Below, piece by piece: positions 54,920 to 64,000 of a stretch of 64,000 nt of DNA. The notes under the pieces were generated by a model that did not search any database, was not told the origin of the DNA, and worked only from the letters and a program-made list of their open reading frames with translations. Each line of letters begins with the position of its first letter. The first letter of the stretch is position 1. Source of the DNA: an uncultured delta proteobacterium (GTDB lineage: Bacteria > Desulfobacterota > Binatia > UBA9968); NCBI GenBank assembly GCA_963847445.1, contig CAWJZV010000024.1:183671-247670 (forward strand), given 5' to 3'. Position numbers and translations under genes: made by a program.

Positions 54920-55507
54920 TTAAAGACTCCCCTTGGTCGACAACACGCCCTGCACCCGCGGATCGACCTGAGTAGCGAAGTCCATGGCCCGGGCGAACGC
55001 CTTGAAGCAAGCTTCGATGATATGGTGCGGATTCTCGCCGCGCGGCACATCGATATGCAGGTTCATGCCCAACTGATTGGCGAAGGCGGCGAAAAATTCA
55101 TGGGGCAAGTCGGTGTCGAAGTCGCCGACGCGGCCTGGGCGAATCTTGACGTTGTACGAAAGATAGGGCCGGCCGCTCAGATCGACCACCACCTTGGCCA
55201 GCGTCTCGTCGAGCGGACAGCTGGCTTCGCCGAAGCGGCGAATACCCGCCTTGTCGCCGAGGGCGTCTTTGAACGCTTGCCCCAGAGCCAGGCCGACATC
55301 TTCCACCGTGTGGTGATAGTCGACTTCCAAGTCGCCCTTGGCTTGGATGTCGATATTGAAAAAACCATGGCGGCTAAAGGCGTCGAGCATATGGTTGAAA
55401 AACGGCATGCCGGTTTCGATCGTCGCTTGGCCGCTGCCGTCGACATCCAGATTGATCGTGATGTCGGTCTCCTTAGTTTTTCGCGCAACCTTTGCCGTCC
55501 GTCCCAT
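54920..55507 (-). CDS. hisB: Imidazoleglycerol-phosphate dehydratase
   Basis: [30 protein letters not shown]. Confidence 0.96.
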   Translation of the reverse strand: MGRTAKVARKTKETDITINLDVDGSGQATIETGMPFFNHMLDAFSRHGFFNIDIQAKGDLEVDYHHTVEDVGLALGQAFKDALGDKAGIRRFGEASCPLDETLAKVVVDLSGRPYLSYNVKIRPGRVGDFDTDLPHEFFAAFANQLGMNLHIDVPRGENPHHIIEACFKAFARAMDFATQVDPRVQGVLSTKGSL

Positions 55508-55566
55508 GAGTATCCTCCCAAGTTTAAATCGTCACTTCACAGCGTGTTCGAACCCGAAACCCGAAA

Positions 55567-56865
55567 CTAGGAACTCTTCTCAAAACGCACTTCCACCGAG
55601 CGCGCGTGATCGTCCAACCCTTCCAACCGCGCCAGATGGGCAATTTTCGCCGCCAGCGCTTTCAAGCCGCGCCGCTCGGCGTGGATGATCGTCGTCCGCT
55701 TGAGAAAATCATAGGTGCCGAGCGGCGAAAAAAACCGCGCGCTGCCGCCGGTCGGCAGCACATGATTGGGTCCGGCCAGATAATCGCCCAAGGGCGGCGC
55801 CGAATAGGGACCGAGAAACATCGCCCCGGCGTTGCGAATTTGCCGCGCCATTTTCTCAGGCTGGCGCACTAACAATTCAATATGCTCAGGCGCGATGGCA
55901 TTCGCCAGCTCGATCATTTCTTTTTGTCCGCGCGCGACGATGATCGCGCCGTACTCTTTGTAGCGAGCGCAGCGAGATCGCCTGGCGCTTGGTGCTGAGC
56001 AGCTGCTGTTCCACGGCCTTTTGAACCTTGAGCGCCACGGCTTTCGACGTCGTCACACATAACGCGGCAGCCAATTCATCATGCTCCGCCTGTGACAGCA
56101 TGTCCGCTGCGACATGGGCCGGATCGGCGGAATCATCGGCCAAAAGTAAAATCTCGCTCGGCCCGGCGATGGAATCAATATTGACTTCGCCGAAGACCAT
56201 GCGTTTAGCCGTCGCGACGAAGATATTTCCCGGCCCGACGATCTTGTCGACTTTGGGAATCGTCCGCGTGCCGAACGCCAACGCGGCGATGGCCTGGGCG
56301 CCGCCGACGCGAAAGATCCGATCGACTCCGGCCACATGGGCGGCGGCGAGAATGATCGCGCCGTCGGCGCCGAGGGGCGAGGTCATGATGATCTCTTTGA
56401 CGCCGGCGACCTTGGCCGGAATCGCATTCATCAAAACCGTCGACGGATAACACGCCTTGCCGCCGGGTACATAAACGCCGACCCGTTCGAGGGGCGTGAT
56501 GCGTTGTCCCAACACCATGCCCAGGGGATCGCGGTACTGCCAGCTTTTCAGCAGCTGGCGGCGGTGAAACGCCGCGATGCGTTTGGCGGCAAGCCGCAGG
56601 ATGCTTAAATCTTTGCGCGAAACTTTCGCCACGGCGCTGGCGATCTCCGCCTGGGTCACTTCCATTTGTCGCCGCGCGCAAACGCACATGATCGAACTGC
56701 GCCGTGTAGCGCAGCACGGCGCGGTCGCCCTGGCGCTGCACCGTCGTGACAATTTCATCGACGCGCTGCTCGACATCGCCGGCCCGAGTGCCGCGCCGCC
56801 CGAGAATCTTCGCCAGTCAAGGGCTTGAAACCGGCGTCGGAAGTTTTGACCAAACGAATTTTCAT
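55567..56865 (-). CDS. hisD: Histidinol dehydrogenase (frameshifted)
   Basis: GVYVPGG, GGAQAIAA, GPGN, AGPSE, QAEHD, APEH, GDYLAGPNHVLPT. Confidence 0.94.
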
Positions 56866-56885
56866 AGCTGGCTGCGAATTTTTCT

Positions 56886-56923
56886 GACCTTGAACTTTTG
56901 AACCCTTGAACCTTGAACGAACC
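56886..56923. repeat. Tandem TTGAACY 7/8-mer repeats
   Basis: ACCTTGAACTTTTGAACCCTTGAACCTTGAACGAACC between murA and hisD. Confidence 0.7.
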
Positions 56924-58192
56924 TTATCCCGCCACGCGATTAATCTGCGCGCCCAGTTGCGAAAGCTTTTTTTCGATCTGTTCGTAGCCGCGGTCGAGAT
57001 GATAAACGCGGGCAACTTCGGTGCTGCCGCTGGCGACCAGGCCGGCGAGCACCAGGGCGACGCTGGCGCGCAAGTCGCTCGCCATCACCGGCGCGCCGGA
57101 CAGCGCTTTGACGCCGCGCACCACGGCGCGGTTACCTTCGAGCTTGATGTCGGCACCCATGCGGTCGAGCTCCGGCACATGCATGAAGCGGTTCTCGAAA
57201 ATCGTCTCGGTGATCACGCTGACACCGTCGGCCACCGCCATCAGCACCATCATCTGCGCCTGCAAGTCGGTGGGAAAACCGGGATACGGCTGAGTCTTCA
57301 CATCGACACTCTTGATCCGGCCGCCGCCGCGCACATGGATGCCGCCATCGTCGCTCGTCCAAGCCACGCCGGCTTCACGCAATTTGATCAAAAAAGCTTC
57401 GAGATGGTCGGCGCGCGCGCCTTTGACGTAGACCTCCCCGCCACTGAGCGCCGCGGCGATGACAAAGCTGCCGGCTTCGATGCGGTCGGGAATTATCCGG
57501 TGGCTTACCCCGTGCAAAGCGCTCACCCCGTCGATCGTGATCACGTCGGTGCCGGCGCCATGAACTTGTCCGCCCATGGCATTCAACACTTTCGCCAAGT
57601 CGTCGATCTCCGGCTCCTTGGCGGCATTTTCAATCACCGTCGTGCCCTCGGCCAAGGTCGCCGCCATCATGAGATTTTCCGTCGCGCCCACCGACGGCAC
57701 GTCTAAATAAATTTTTGCGCCGCGCAGTTTCACCGCTCGCGCTTCGACATAACCATGAGTCTGCTCGATGGTGGCGCCGAGTGCTTCGAGCCCCTTCAAA
57801 TGCAGGTCGATGGGACGCGCGCCGATGGCACAGCCGCCCGGCGTCGACACCCGCGCTCGGCCGAAGCGCGCCACCAACGGGCCGATGACCAGGAACGACG
57901 CGCGCATGGTCTTGACCAAGTCGTAGGGCGCTTCGAAGTTGTCGATGCGATCAGCTTGCAGGGTTAGATCGTCGGCGCCTTCGCGCCAGCGCTGGTGCTC
58001 GCTCTTGCCGCCGAGCCCCGCGAGCAATCTCAAAGTCGTTCGAATATCGGCGAGATGGGGCACGCTTTGGTAGGTGCAAGGCTCGGCGGTGAGCAGCGAC
58101 GAGATTAAAATCGGCAGCGCCGCGTTCTTCGAACCGCTGACGGCGACCTCGCCGTGCAACCGCTGGCCGCCTTGTATGACGATCTTATCCAC
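56924..58192 (-). CDS. murA: UDP-N-acetylglucosamine 1-carboxyvinyltransferase
   Basis: [45 protein letters not shown]. Confidence 0.97.
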   Translation of the reverse strand: MDKIVIQGGQRLHGEVAVSGSKNAALPILISSLLTAEPCTYQSVPHLADIRTTLRLLAGLGGKSEHQRWREGADDLTLQADRIDNFEAPYDLVKTMRASFLVIGPLVARFGRARVSTPGGCAIGARPIDLHLKGLEALGATIEQTHGYVEARAVKLRGAKIYLDVPSVGATENLMMAATLAEGTTVIENAAKEPEIDDLAKVLNAMGGQVHGAGTDVITIDGVSALHGVSHRIIPDRIEAGSFVIAAALSGGEVYVKGARADHLEAFLIKLREAGVAWTSDDGGIHVRGGGRIKSVDVKTQPYPGFPTDLQAQMMVLMAVADGVSVITETIFENRFMHVPELDRMGADIKLEGNRAVVRGVKALSGAPVMASDLRASVALVLAGLVASGSTEVARVYHLDRGYEQIEKKLSQLGAQINRVAG

Positions 58193-58204
58193 TTGCTGAG
58201 TTCC

Positions 58205-59118
58205 CTAGTGCTTACCAAGTCGCGCCACAATCACACGGTCGCGCCCGGCGTAATCCTGGAACACTTCGATCTCTCGATAGCGTCCGGTATCGGCGCAAAT
58301 GCGCTGAAACCTCGCTTGCCATATCGGCGCCGACCTCCAACACCAGCGCGCCCCGCTCGGCTAGATAATCCGGCGCCGCAGCGGCGATCCGACGATAAAA
58401 ATCTAAGCCATCGATACCGCCGTCCAACGCGACACGCGGCTCCCACCGGCTAACTTCCGGCGCCAGCGTTACGATCTCGCCGCGTCGCACATAAGGTGGA
58501 TTGCTGACGATCAAATCGAAACGACGCTCCGATCGCGGCACCAGCGCGTCGAACAGATCGCCGACGAAAAATTGCATACGCTGCGCTACCTGATGGGCCT
58601 CAGCGTTGCCACGGGCGATGGTCAGCGCTGCGGACGAAATATCGGTGGCGTAAATTTGTGCCGACGGTAACTCGCCCGCCAAACAGACCGCCACCGCGCC
58701 GCTGCCAGTGCACAAGTCAGCGATCCGTAGCAAGGTCGAAGCCGGGAACTGAGCGGCGCATAATAGTGAAACTTCAACCAAGCGCTCGGTATCCGGCCGC
58801 GGAATCAACACATCCGGCGTGACCGCGAAATCGCGGGACCAAAACTCCTGCTTGCCGGTGATGTACGCCACCGGCTCCCGCTGCAAGCGCCGCGCTAGTA
58901 AAGTTTCAAAACGGCGCGCCGTTGCTGGAGCGATCGGCAATTCGCCGGCAACCAGCAACTGCTCGCGGCTCAAGTTCAAACAATGCGCTAGCAGCACTTC
59001 GCTATCGAGACGCGGGCTGTCGCTGCCGGCCGGCGCCTAGACGCGCGACACCTTGCAAGAGCGCGTCGCGCAGGCGCCGCGAAACCTTATCGTTGGCTAT
59101 GTTGGCAAGGCCTTCCAT
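58205..59118 (-). CDS. prmC: Release factor glutamine methyltransferase (frameshifted)
   Basis: EPVAYITG, VLIPRPDTE, DLCTGSG, SNPPY; downstream of prfA. Confidence 0.92.
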
Positions 59119-59127
59119 CGCCGCTGC

Positions 59128-60184
59128 TTACTTGAGCGCTTCCGCCTGATAGTGGGTGATCAAGCCTTCGACCACTTCATCGATCTGCCCCTCCATCACG
59201 CGCTCTAGCTGGTAAATCGTCAAATTGATCCGGTGATCGGTCAACCGCCCCTGGGGAAAGTTATAGGTGCGGATGCGCTCGCTGCGGTCGCCGCTGCCGA
59301 CCATGGATTTACGCGACGCGGCGATCTCCGATGCCTGCTCGTCCTGCTTCTTTTCCAACAAGCGCGCGCGCAAAATCTTCATGCCCTTGGCGCGGTTTTT
59401 ATGCTGCGACTTTTCATCCTGGCAGGAAATCACGATGCCCGTCGGAATATGAGTAATGCGCACCGCCGAGTCGGTGGTGTTGACGCTCTGGCCGCCCGGT
59501 CCCGACGAGCGAAACACATCGATGCGGATTTCCTTGGGATCGATGACGAGTTCCACCTCGTCGGCTTCCGGCAACACCGCGACGGTCACCGCCGACGTAT
59601 GAATGCGTCCCGAGCCTTCGGTCACCGGCACGCGTTGGACGCGGTGCACACCGCCCTCGAACTTGAGCCGGCTGTAAGCGCCCTGGCCTTCGATACTGAG
59701 GATGATTTCTTTATAGCCGCCCAGACCCGGTGGGGCTGGAACTCATCAGCTCAACGCGCCAACCGCGCGACTCGGCGTAGCGCGAGTACATGCGCGACAG
59801 CTCCGCGGCAAACAGCGCCGCCTCGTCGCCGCCAGTACCGGCGCGAATCTCGACGATAACGTTCTTCGCGTCGTTGGGATCTTTGGGCAAAATGAGAAAC
59901 TTGAGCTTGGTTTCGAGGGTCTCTTTGCGCTCGCGCAGGCTCGCCAACTCGTCCTTCACCAGCTCGCGCATGGCTTCGTCGTTTTCCTCCATGAGCTGGC
60001 GGTTGTCGACGATCTCTTGCTCGACCTTGCGCCACTCACGATAGCAGGTGACGATCTCTTCGAGATCGGAGCGCTCCTTGGCGACCTTCTTATACTCGCG
60101 CTGTTGGCCGACCAAATGCGGGTCGGACATCATGCCTTCGAGCTCCATGTAACGCTTTTCGACTTCGAGTAATTTATCAAGCAT
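59128..60184 (-). CDS. prfA: Peptide chain release factor 1 (frameshift ~59710)
   Basis: [21 protein letters not shown] (PxT), [13 protein letters not shown]. Confidence 0.95.
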
Positions 60185-60269
60185 AACTGCGTGTCACTTC
60201 ACGGCCGAACTATCAGTGCCGACGCCGGTCAAGGGAGTTGGTCGCTTCGGCAACTGCATTCATGGCAAA

Positions 60270-60310
60270 TAAAAAAGGGCAAAGGGTTACGAACCTGCCC
60301 TTTGCCCTTC
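60270..60310 (-). terminator. Rho-independent terminator after rpmE
   Basis: AAGGGCAAAGGG...CCCTTTGCCCTT followed by T tract on minus strand. Confidence 0.82.
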
Positions 60311-60346
60311 CTAGTCGCGTAAAACGTTAATAGTTCGAATGCCGCC

Positions 60347-60568
60347 TCAGCCCTCCGCCGGACTTTCGTTCTGCATGCCGTATTTTTTTCTGAACTTTTC
60401 GACTCGGCCGGCGGTGTCGACCAATTTTTGTTTACCGGTAAAAAAAGGGTGGCAATTGGAGCAAATTTCCACGTGGATATTACCCACCGTCGAGCGCGTT
60501 TCGGCGATATTGCCGCACGCGCAAGTTACTTTAGCCGCCTTATACTCTGGATGAATTCCTGCCTTCAT
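60347..60568 (-). CDS. rpmE: 50S ribosomal protein L31 (Zn-binding C+ form)
   Basis: [29 protein letters not shown]. Confidence 0.97.
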   Translation of the reverse strand: MKAGIHPEYKAAKVTCACGNIAETRSTVGNIHVEICSNCHPFFTGKQKLVDTAGRVEKFRKKYGMQNESPAEG

Positions 60569-60591
60569 AATTTACCTCTCAATGGTGTGGG

Positions 60592-60620
60592 TTTATAACA
60601 TATCGTCCGGAGCGCTTCAA
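60592..60620 (-). promoter_or_regulatory. Sigma70 promoter of rpmE
   Basis: TTGAAG-N17-TATAAA with extended TG. Confidence 0.68.
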
Positions 60621-60788
60621 TTGCTGTATCAGGACAGCGTTGAGTGAGCGATTCTCGCGGATAATCCCTCATTCAATAGACCGGATTGCGAAAAAACCCA
60701 TAAGCCAATAAAATGCAAAGCATAACCTCGTTTGTGATATCAAAACGCTAACCATCGGCCGTATCAAAAGCTAAGGGGCAGACAAACT

Positions 60789-62073
60789 ATGAGCAAGCCA
60801 GAGACAGATTCAAAGAGAACGACCCGAGATCATTCCGCCCATCCCGCTAAAAGTTGAAAGCACCGGCCTTGATTTCGGCTTTCTTGCCGACCTGGCGCTG
60901 AAAACCGTCTACGCCGACGCCAACTGCACCACCGAGCGCGCCGCTGACAGGCTGAAACTCGCCATGCCGGTGGTGGAAGAGCTGCTGCAACATCTATATC
61001 GCGAAAAGTTCCTTGAGGTGCGCGGACTGATCAGCTACGGCAACAACCGGTACAGCATGCTCGACCGCGGCTGGCAGCGCGCCCAGCATCTCTTGGGGCT
61101 CAACGGCTACATCGGCCCGGCGCCGGTATCGCTGTCCGACTACACCTACTCCGTGCTGCAGCAAAGCGCGGCGCGCGATACCATCCAACCTGCCAGCGTG
61201 CGCGACGCGATGGCCAACTTGGTGTTACCGGATAGCAGCGTGCAAACCCTCGGCCTGGTGGCCAGCTCCAGACGGAGTCTGTTCATGACTGGCCCCGCCG
61301 GCAATGGCAAAACCACCATCGCCATGGCGCTCCACCAAGCCCAACAAGGCGAGATCTGGATCCCCTACGCCATCGAGGTCGATGGCCAGGTGATCAAAGT
61401 CTTCGATCTGCACAATCACCAACCTGTAGAATGCAGCGATATTGGCCGATACGACGAGCGCTGGGTCAGGATCAAGCGGCCAATCATCGTTGTCGGCGGC
61501 GAAATGACCATCGAGACGATGGATTTGATTTACAGTCAAACCGTACGCTTCTACGAAGCACCGTTTCAGATGAAATCCAACGGTGGCACACTGGTCATCG
61601 ACGACTTTGGCCGGCAACGGGTCGATCCCCACGATCTACTCAACCGCTGGATCGTACCCCTCGAAGGCAAGGTCGACTATCTCACGCTCCATACCGGCAA
61701 AAAGATCGAAGTGCCCTTCGAGCAGCTGCTGATCTTCGCCACCAACCTGGACCCCGACGACTTGGTCGACGATGCCTTCCTGCGGCGCATGGGCTACCGC
61801 CTCTACGTCAATCCGCCGGACAAGGAGATGTACGCCAAAATTTTCCAGCAATATGTCGAATCCAACGGCTTCGGCTACGACGCCAAGCATCTCGATTTCG
61901 TCTATCGGCTCTACGACGCCGACAAACGGCCGCTACGCGCCTGCGAACCGCGCGACCTGATGCTACGCTGCGCCGACCATTGCAAGTACGAGAATCTGCC
62001 AAAGACCCTTTCCAACGAAATAATTCTGCTAGCCTGGAAAAACTACTTTGGCGCGGCGCCGACGCTGGAATAG
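60789..62073 (+). CDS. Uncharacterised AAA+ ATPase with N-terminal helical/wHTH domain (frameshift near start)
   Basis: GYIGPAPV, GPAGNGKT, VVGGEMT, NGGTLVIDDFGRQ, LLNRWIVPLE, DAFLRRMGY; homologous-looking sequence extends upstream of ORF start 60964. Confidence 0.85.
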
Positions 62074-62146
62074 CAGGACAGGGTTTCCCAGACTGCGCCG
62101 AGGGAAAGCGGTTCGCCGGTCAGCGCACAGCCGCAACCGTAGAATT

Positions 62147-62228
62147 AGCCACGAAAGGCACGAACCACAGGAAAATTGGGAACAGACAATTTTCAATTTT
62201 CGTGTTGCTCGGCGACGAGGCCGTGGCT
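62147..62228. repeat. Degenerate CACGAA-family element, copy 5
   Basis: AGCCACGAAAGGCACGAA...TTCGTG...CCGTGGCT. Confidence 0.5.
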
Positions 62229-62635
62229 GCGTTGTTCGGGCTGGAACCGGCTTGTCTGGTAGTCGATTCGTCCAATCCTGAACTCGCGGGACGCAGCGAG
62301 ATATTGACCAACGAGGCAACCAGCAACCGTATAGACCGTAGGGAAGGTGCTCTCGGCCTTGGGTCTCGCTGCATACAGTGGTTTTAGGAGGTTTTCATAA
62401 CTTTTAGCGATCCTAGCCCTTGTGACTGCAACAACGTGAAGGATGTTCAGCGAACCAACCATCGCATAGACAAAATCGCACAGTATAGGACGTGATTACG
62501 TCCGGCTTAAGACCCGGTAACCCCGTTTGATGCCGTCATTCCCACCTAATCAATATGTTACCTCCTCCCAGCACCGTATTAGTGCCCTCAACCGTACGCC
62601 TCGGGGTGGCATAATTGCTGCTTATTCCCTCTCGG

Positions 62636-63094
62636 GTGAGCACCAGCAAAAAAATCCTCGTAGTCGAAGACAATGACGATTGTCGAGAGCTACAAGCCTG
62701 CGTCATCAGGCGCCTAGGATATGTGGTGATTGAGGCCGACAATGGGGCCACAGCCATCGATGAAGCACTCGCTGGTCACCCCGATCTCATTCTAATGGAC
62801 CTCAATATGCCTAAAATGACTGGTGAAGAAGCAACCGAGCTGTTAAAAAATCAGCCATCGACAAGAGATATACCAGTTATTATCTGTACGGCTTACGGTC
62901 CCGGTCCAAGAGTAGACCGAGCCCTCAATGCCGGCGCCGTAGAGATTTTGCACAAGCCGTTCAAATTCTCCGAGCTGGAAAATCTGCTACGAAAGCATGT
63001 GCCAGACGACCAGAAGAACGGGGCAGAGGCCGCGCATCCGAATTCGGGGTCGATATCCACTGAAACGTCGCAATTCCCTTTTCAAGCGCGGTAA
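62636..63094 (+). CDS. Single-domain CheY-like response regulator
   Basis: KILVVEDN, PDLILMDLNMP, IPVIICTA, KPF. Confidence 0.88.
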   Translation: MSTSKKILVVEDNDDCRELQACVIRRLGYVVIEADNGATAIDEALAGHPDLILMDLNMPKMTGEEATELLKNQPSTRDIPVIICTAYGPGPRVDRALNAGAVEILHKPFKFSELENLLRKHVPDDQKNGAEAAHPNSGSISTETSQFPFQAR

Positions 63095-63185
63095 TATGAC
63101 CTGTCACCCAATAACGGCGCTTGGCTGAACTCGGCATCGCTGTTTCAAGTTCTAGTCACGATTGAGATTTGTTTGGCCGCCGGAC

Positions 63186-63401
63186 CTAGCGGCGATGTTT
63201 CTTATCTGGTGAAATGCTTTTCCGGCGTATAAAATCTTCCGCCTCTTTATCAATTAAGCCCGCCAAGACATCGGCAAAGCTTTCCGCTATTAATTGGAGT
63301 TTAACTGTGCAGCCCTGCTCTTTGTTCTCGATGGACCACTGCAAGGCCTCAATTATCTGCCCATTAAGGCGTAAAAGGCGGCCGATAAAATAACTATCCA
63401 C
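63186..63401 (-). CDS. Hypothetical protein
   Basis: AAGGAG RBS before GTG; 71 aa with ordinary composition; no recognisable motif. Confidence 0.45.
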   Translation of the reverse strand: MDSYFIGRLLRLNGQIIEALQWSIENKEQGCTVKLQLIAESFADVLAGLIDKEAEDFIRRKSISPDKKHRR

Positions 63402-63750
63402 TTGACTCCTTTTGGCTGCAAAGCCAGGGTTTTAAATTAATGTGTAATGCAGGGCCTTACCATCCAGAAATTGACAGTTTTCAGTATTTTAAGTCAATAC
63501 GAGCAAGACAATGTTTAGGGCGACCGCGGTTGCGGTGGCGCCAGGCGCGGACCATGGATTCCCACAGGCCGGCGACTATTGTGCTCAAATTGGCTTTCTC
63601 CACTTCCCAAGCCGTAGAGAGGACTATCAAAGCGTTGAGTTCTAAGGGTTGCGCAATCATCCATTACACAATCACCGGGGCTCGCCATTTATTGCTGAAG
63701 GTATCCGCCGCGGGATGTTCCCGCTTGAGTGATCCTTGTAAGGTAATCGA

Positions 63751-63890
63751 CATCGCAGGCCCCAACATCCTGCGGGCGATCAATCCGCGCCACAATCCGA
63801 CCCAGGAAACCCTCAACCAACTGCTAAAGCCATGCAAGCTGAAACTTAGTCTCGCACCGATCGAAGAAACCAAACGCCGCCGCACTGCCT
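63751..63890 (+). pseudogene. Fragment of HTH addiction-module antidote-like protein
   Basis: NILRAINPRHNPTQETLNQLLKPCKLKLSLAP resembles the ..RALS..GNPT..TL..LL...GL.L C-terminus of such proteins; no intact N-terminus seen. Confidence 0.5.
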
Positions 63891-64000
63891 GGGAAATCTT
63901 CGACCGACGAAGCCACCCCGCGCTGCGGTCAAGGCTTCGGGCAACACCCTTCGCGCGCAAAAGATGACGGCTTGCAGATCTTACACGGTGTAAGAGGGAT

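Noticed and set aside
59690-59730. Programmed frameshift in the release factor gene
   Set aside because: The gene is RF1 (PVT motif); the programmed CTT-TGA shift belongs to prfB and occurs near the 5' end
62400-62630. tRNA or riboswitch at the island edge
   Set aside because: No cloverleaf, T-loop GTTCGA or CCA end recognisable; no riboswitch consensus seen here or ahead of the lys/arg/his genes
63440-63967. 175-aa ORF as a full gene
   Set aside because: Only the central-distal ~45 aa look protein-like; the rest lacks an RBS and recognisable features

Overview
GC-rich bacterial chromosomal window. Gene content and order suggest a deltaproteobacterial/Binatia-like organism (inference). Many genes, including essential ones (prfA, prmC, dapA/B/F, lysA, argF/G/H, hisA/D), carry single-base indels that look like uncorrected long-read errors, so I reconstructed them across frames and boundaries are approximate. 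Left to right: (1) amidohydrolase + cupin; (2) a minus-strand metal (Zn/Mn-type) uptake operon (outer-membrane barrel, SBP, ATPase, permease with a lipoprotein-like tail) headed by an apparently leaderless DUF2946-like uORF ending in RGPP, a candidate ribosome-arrest metal sensor; (3) a 6S-like structured RNA candidate; (4) a divergent operon with an ECF-type promoter: heptad-repeat secreted protein, ECF sigma, ZAS anti-sigma, a small secreted protein resembling the anti-sigma tail, DUF3106, DUF1800, Tat-DUF1501; (5) a heterodimeric ABC exporter; (6) glyS and a xerC-hslVU-argBDFGH-lipoprotein-lysA-dapFAB superoperon; (7) hydrolase, lipoprotein, MFS, methyltransferase; (8) an ~18 kb aryl-polyene (APE) type II PKS cluster with an MIO ammonia-lyase and a flavin halogenase-like enzyme, located just after hisA; (9) rpmE-prfA-prmC-murA-hisDBHA without hisG/hisF; (10) an AAA ATPase and an AT-richer tail with an orphan response regulator and an antitoxin-like remnant. 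Intergenic regions hold several families of REP-like palindromes and 7-9-mer repeats. No tRNA, rRNA, CRISPR array or transposase was found.
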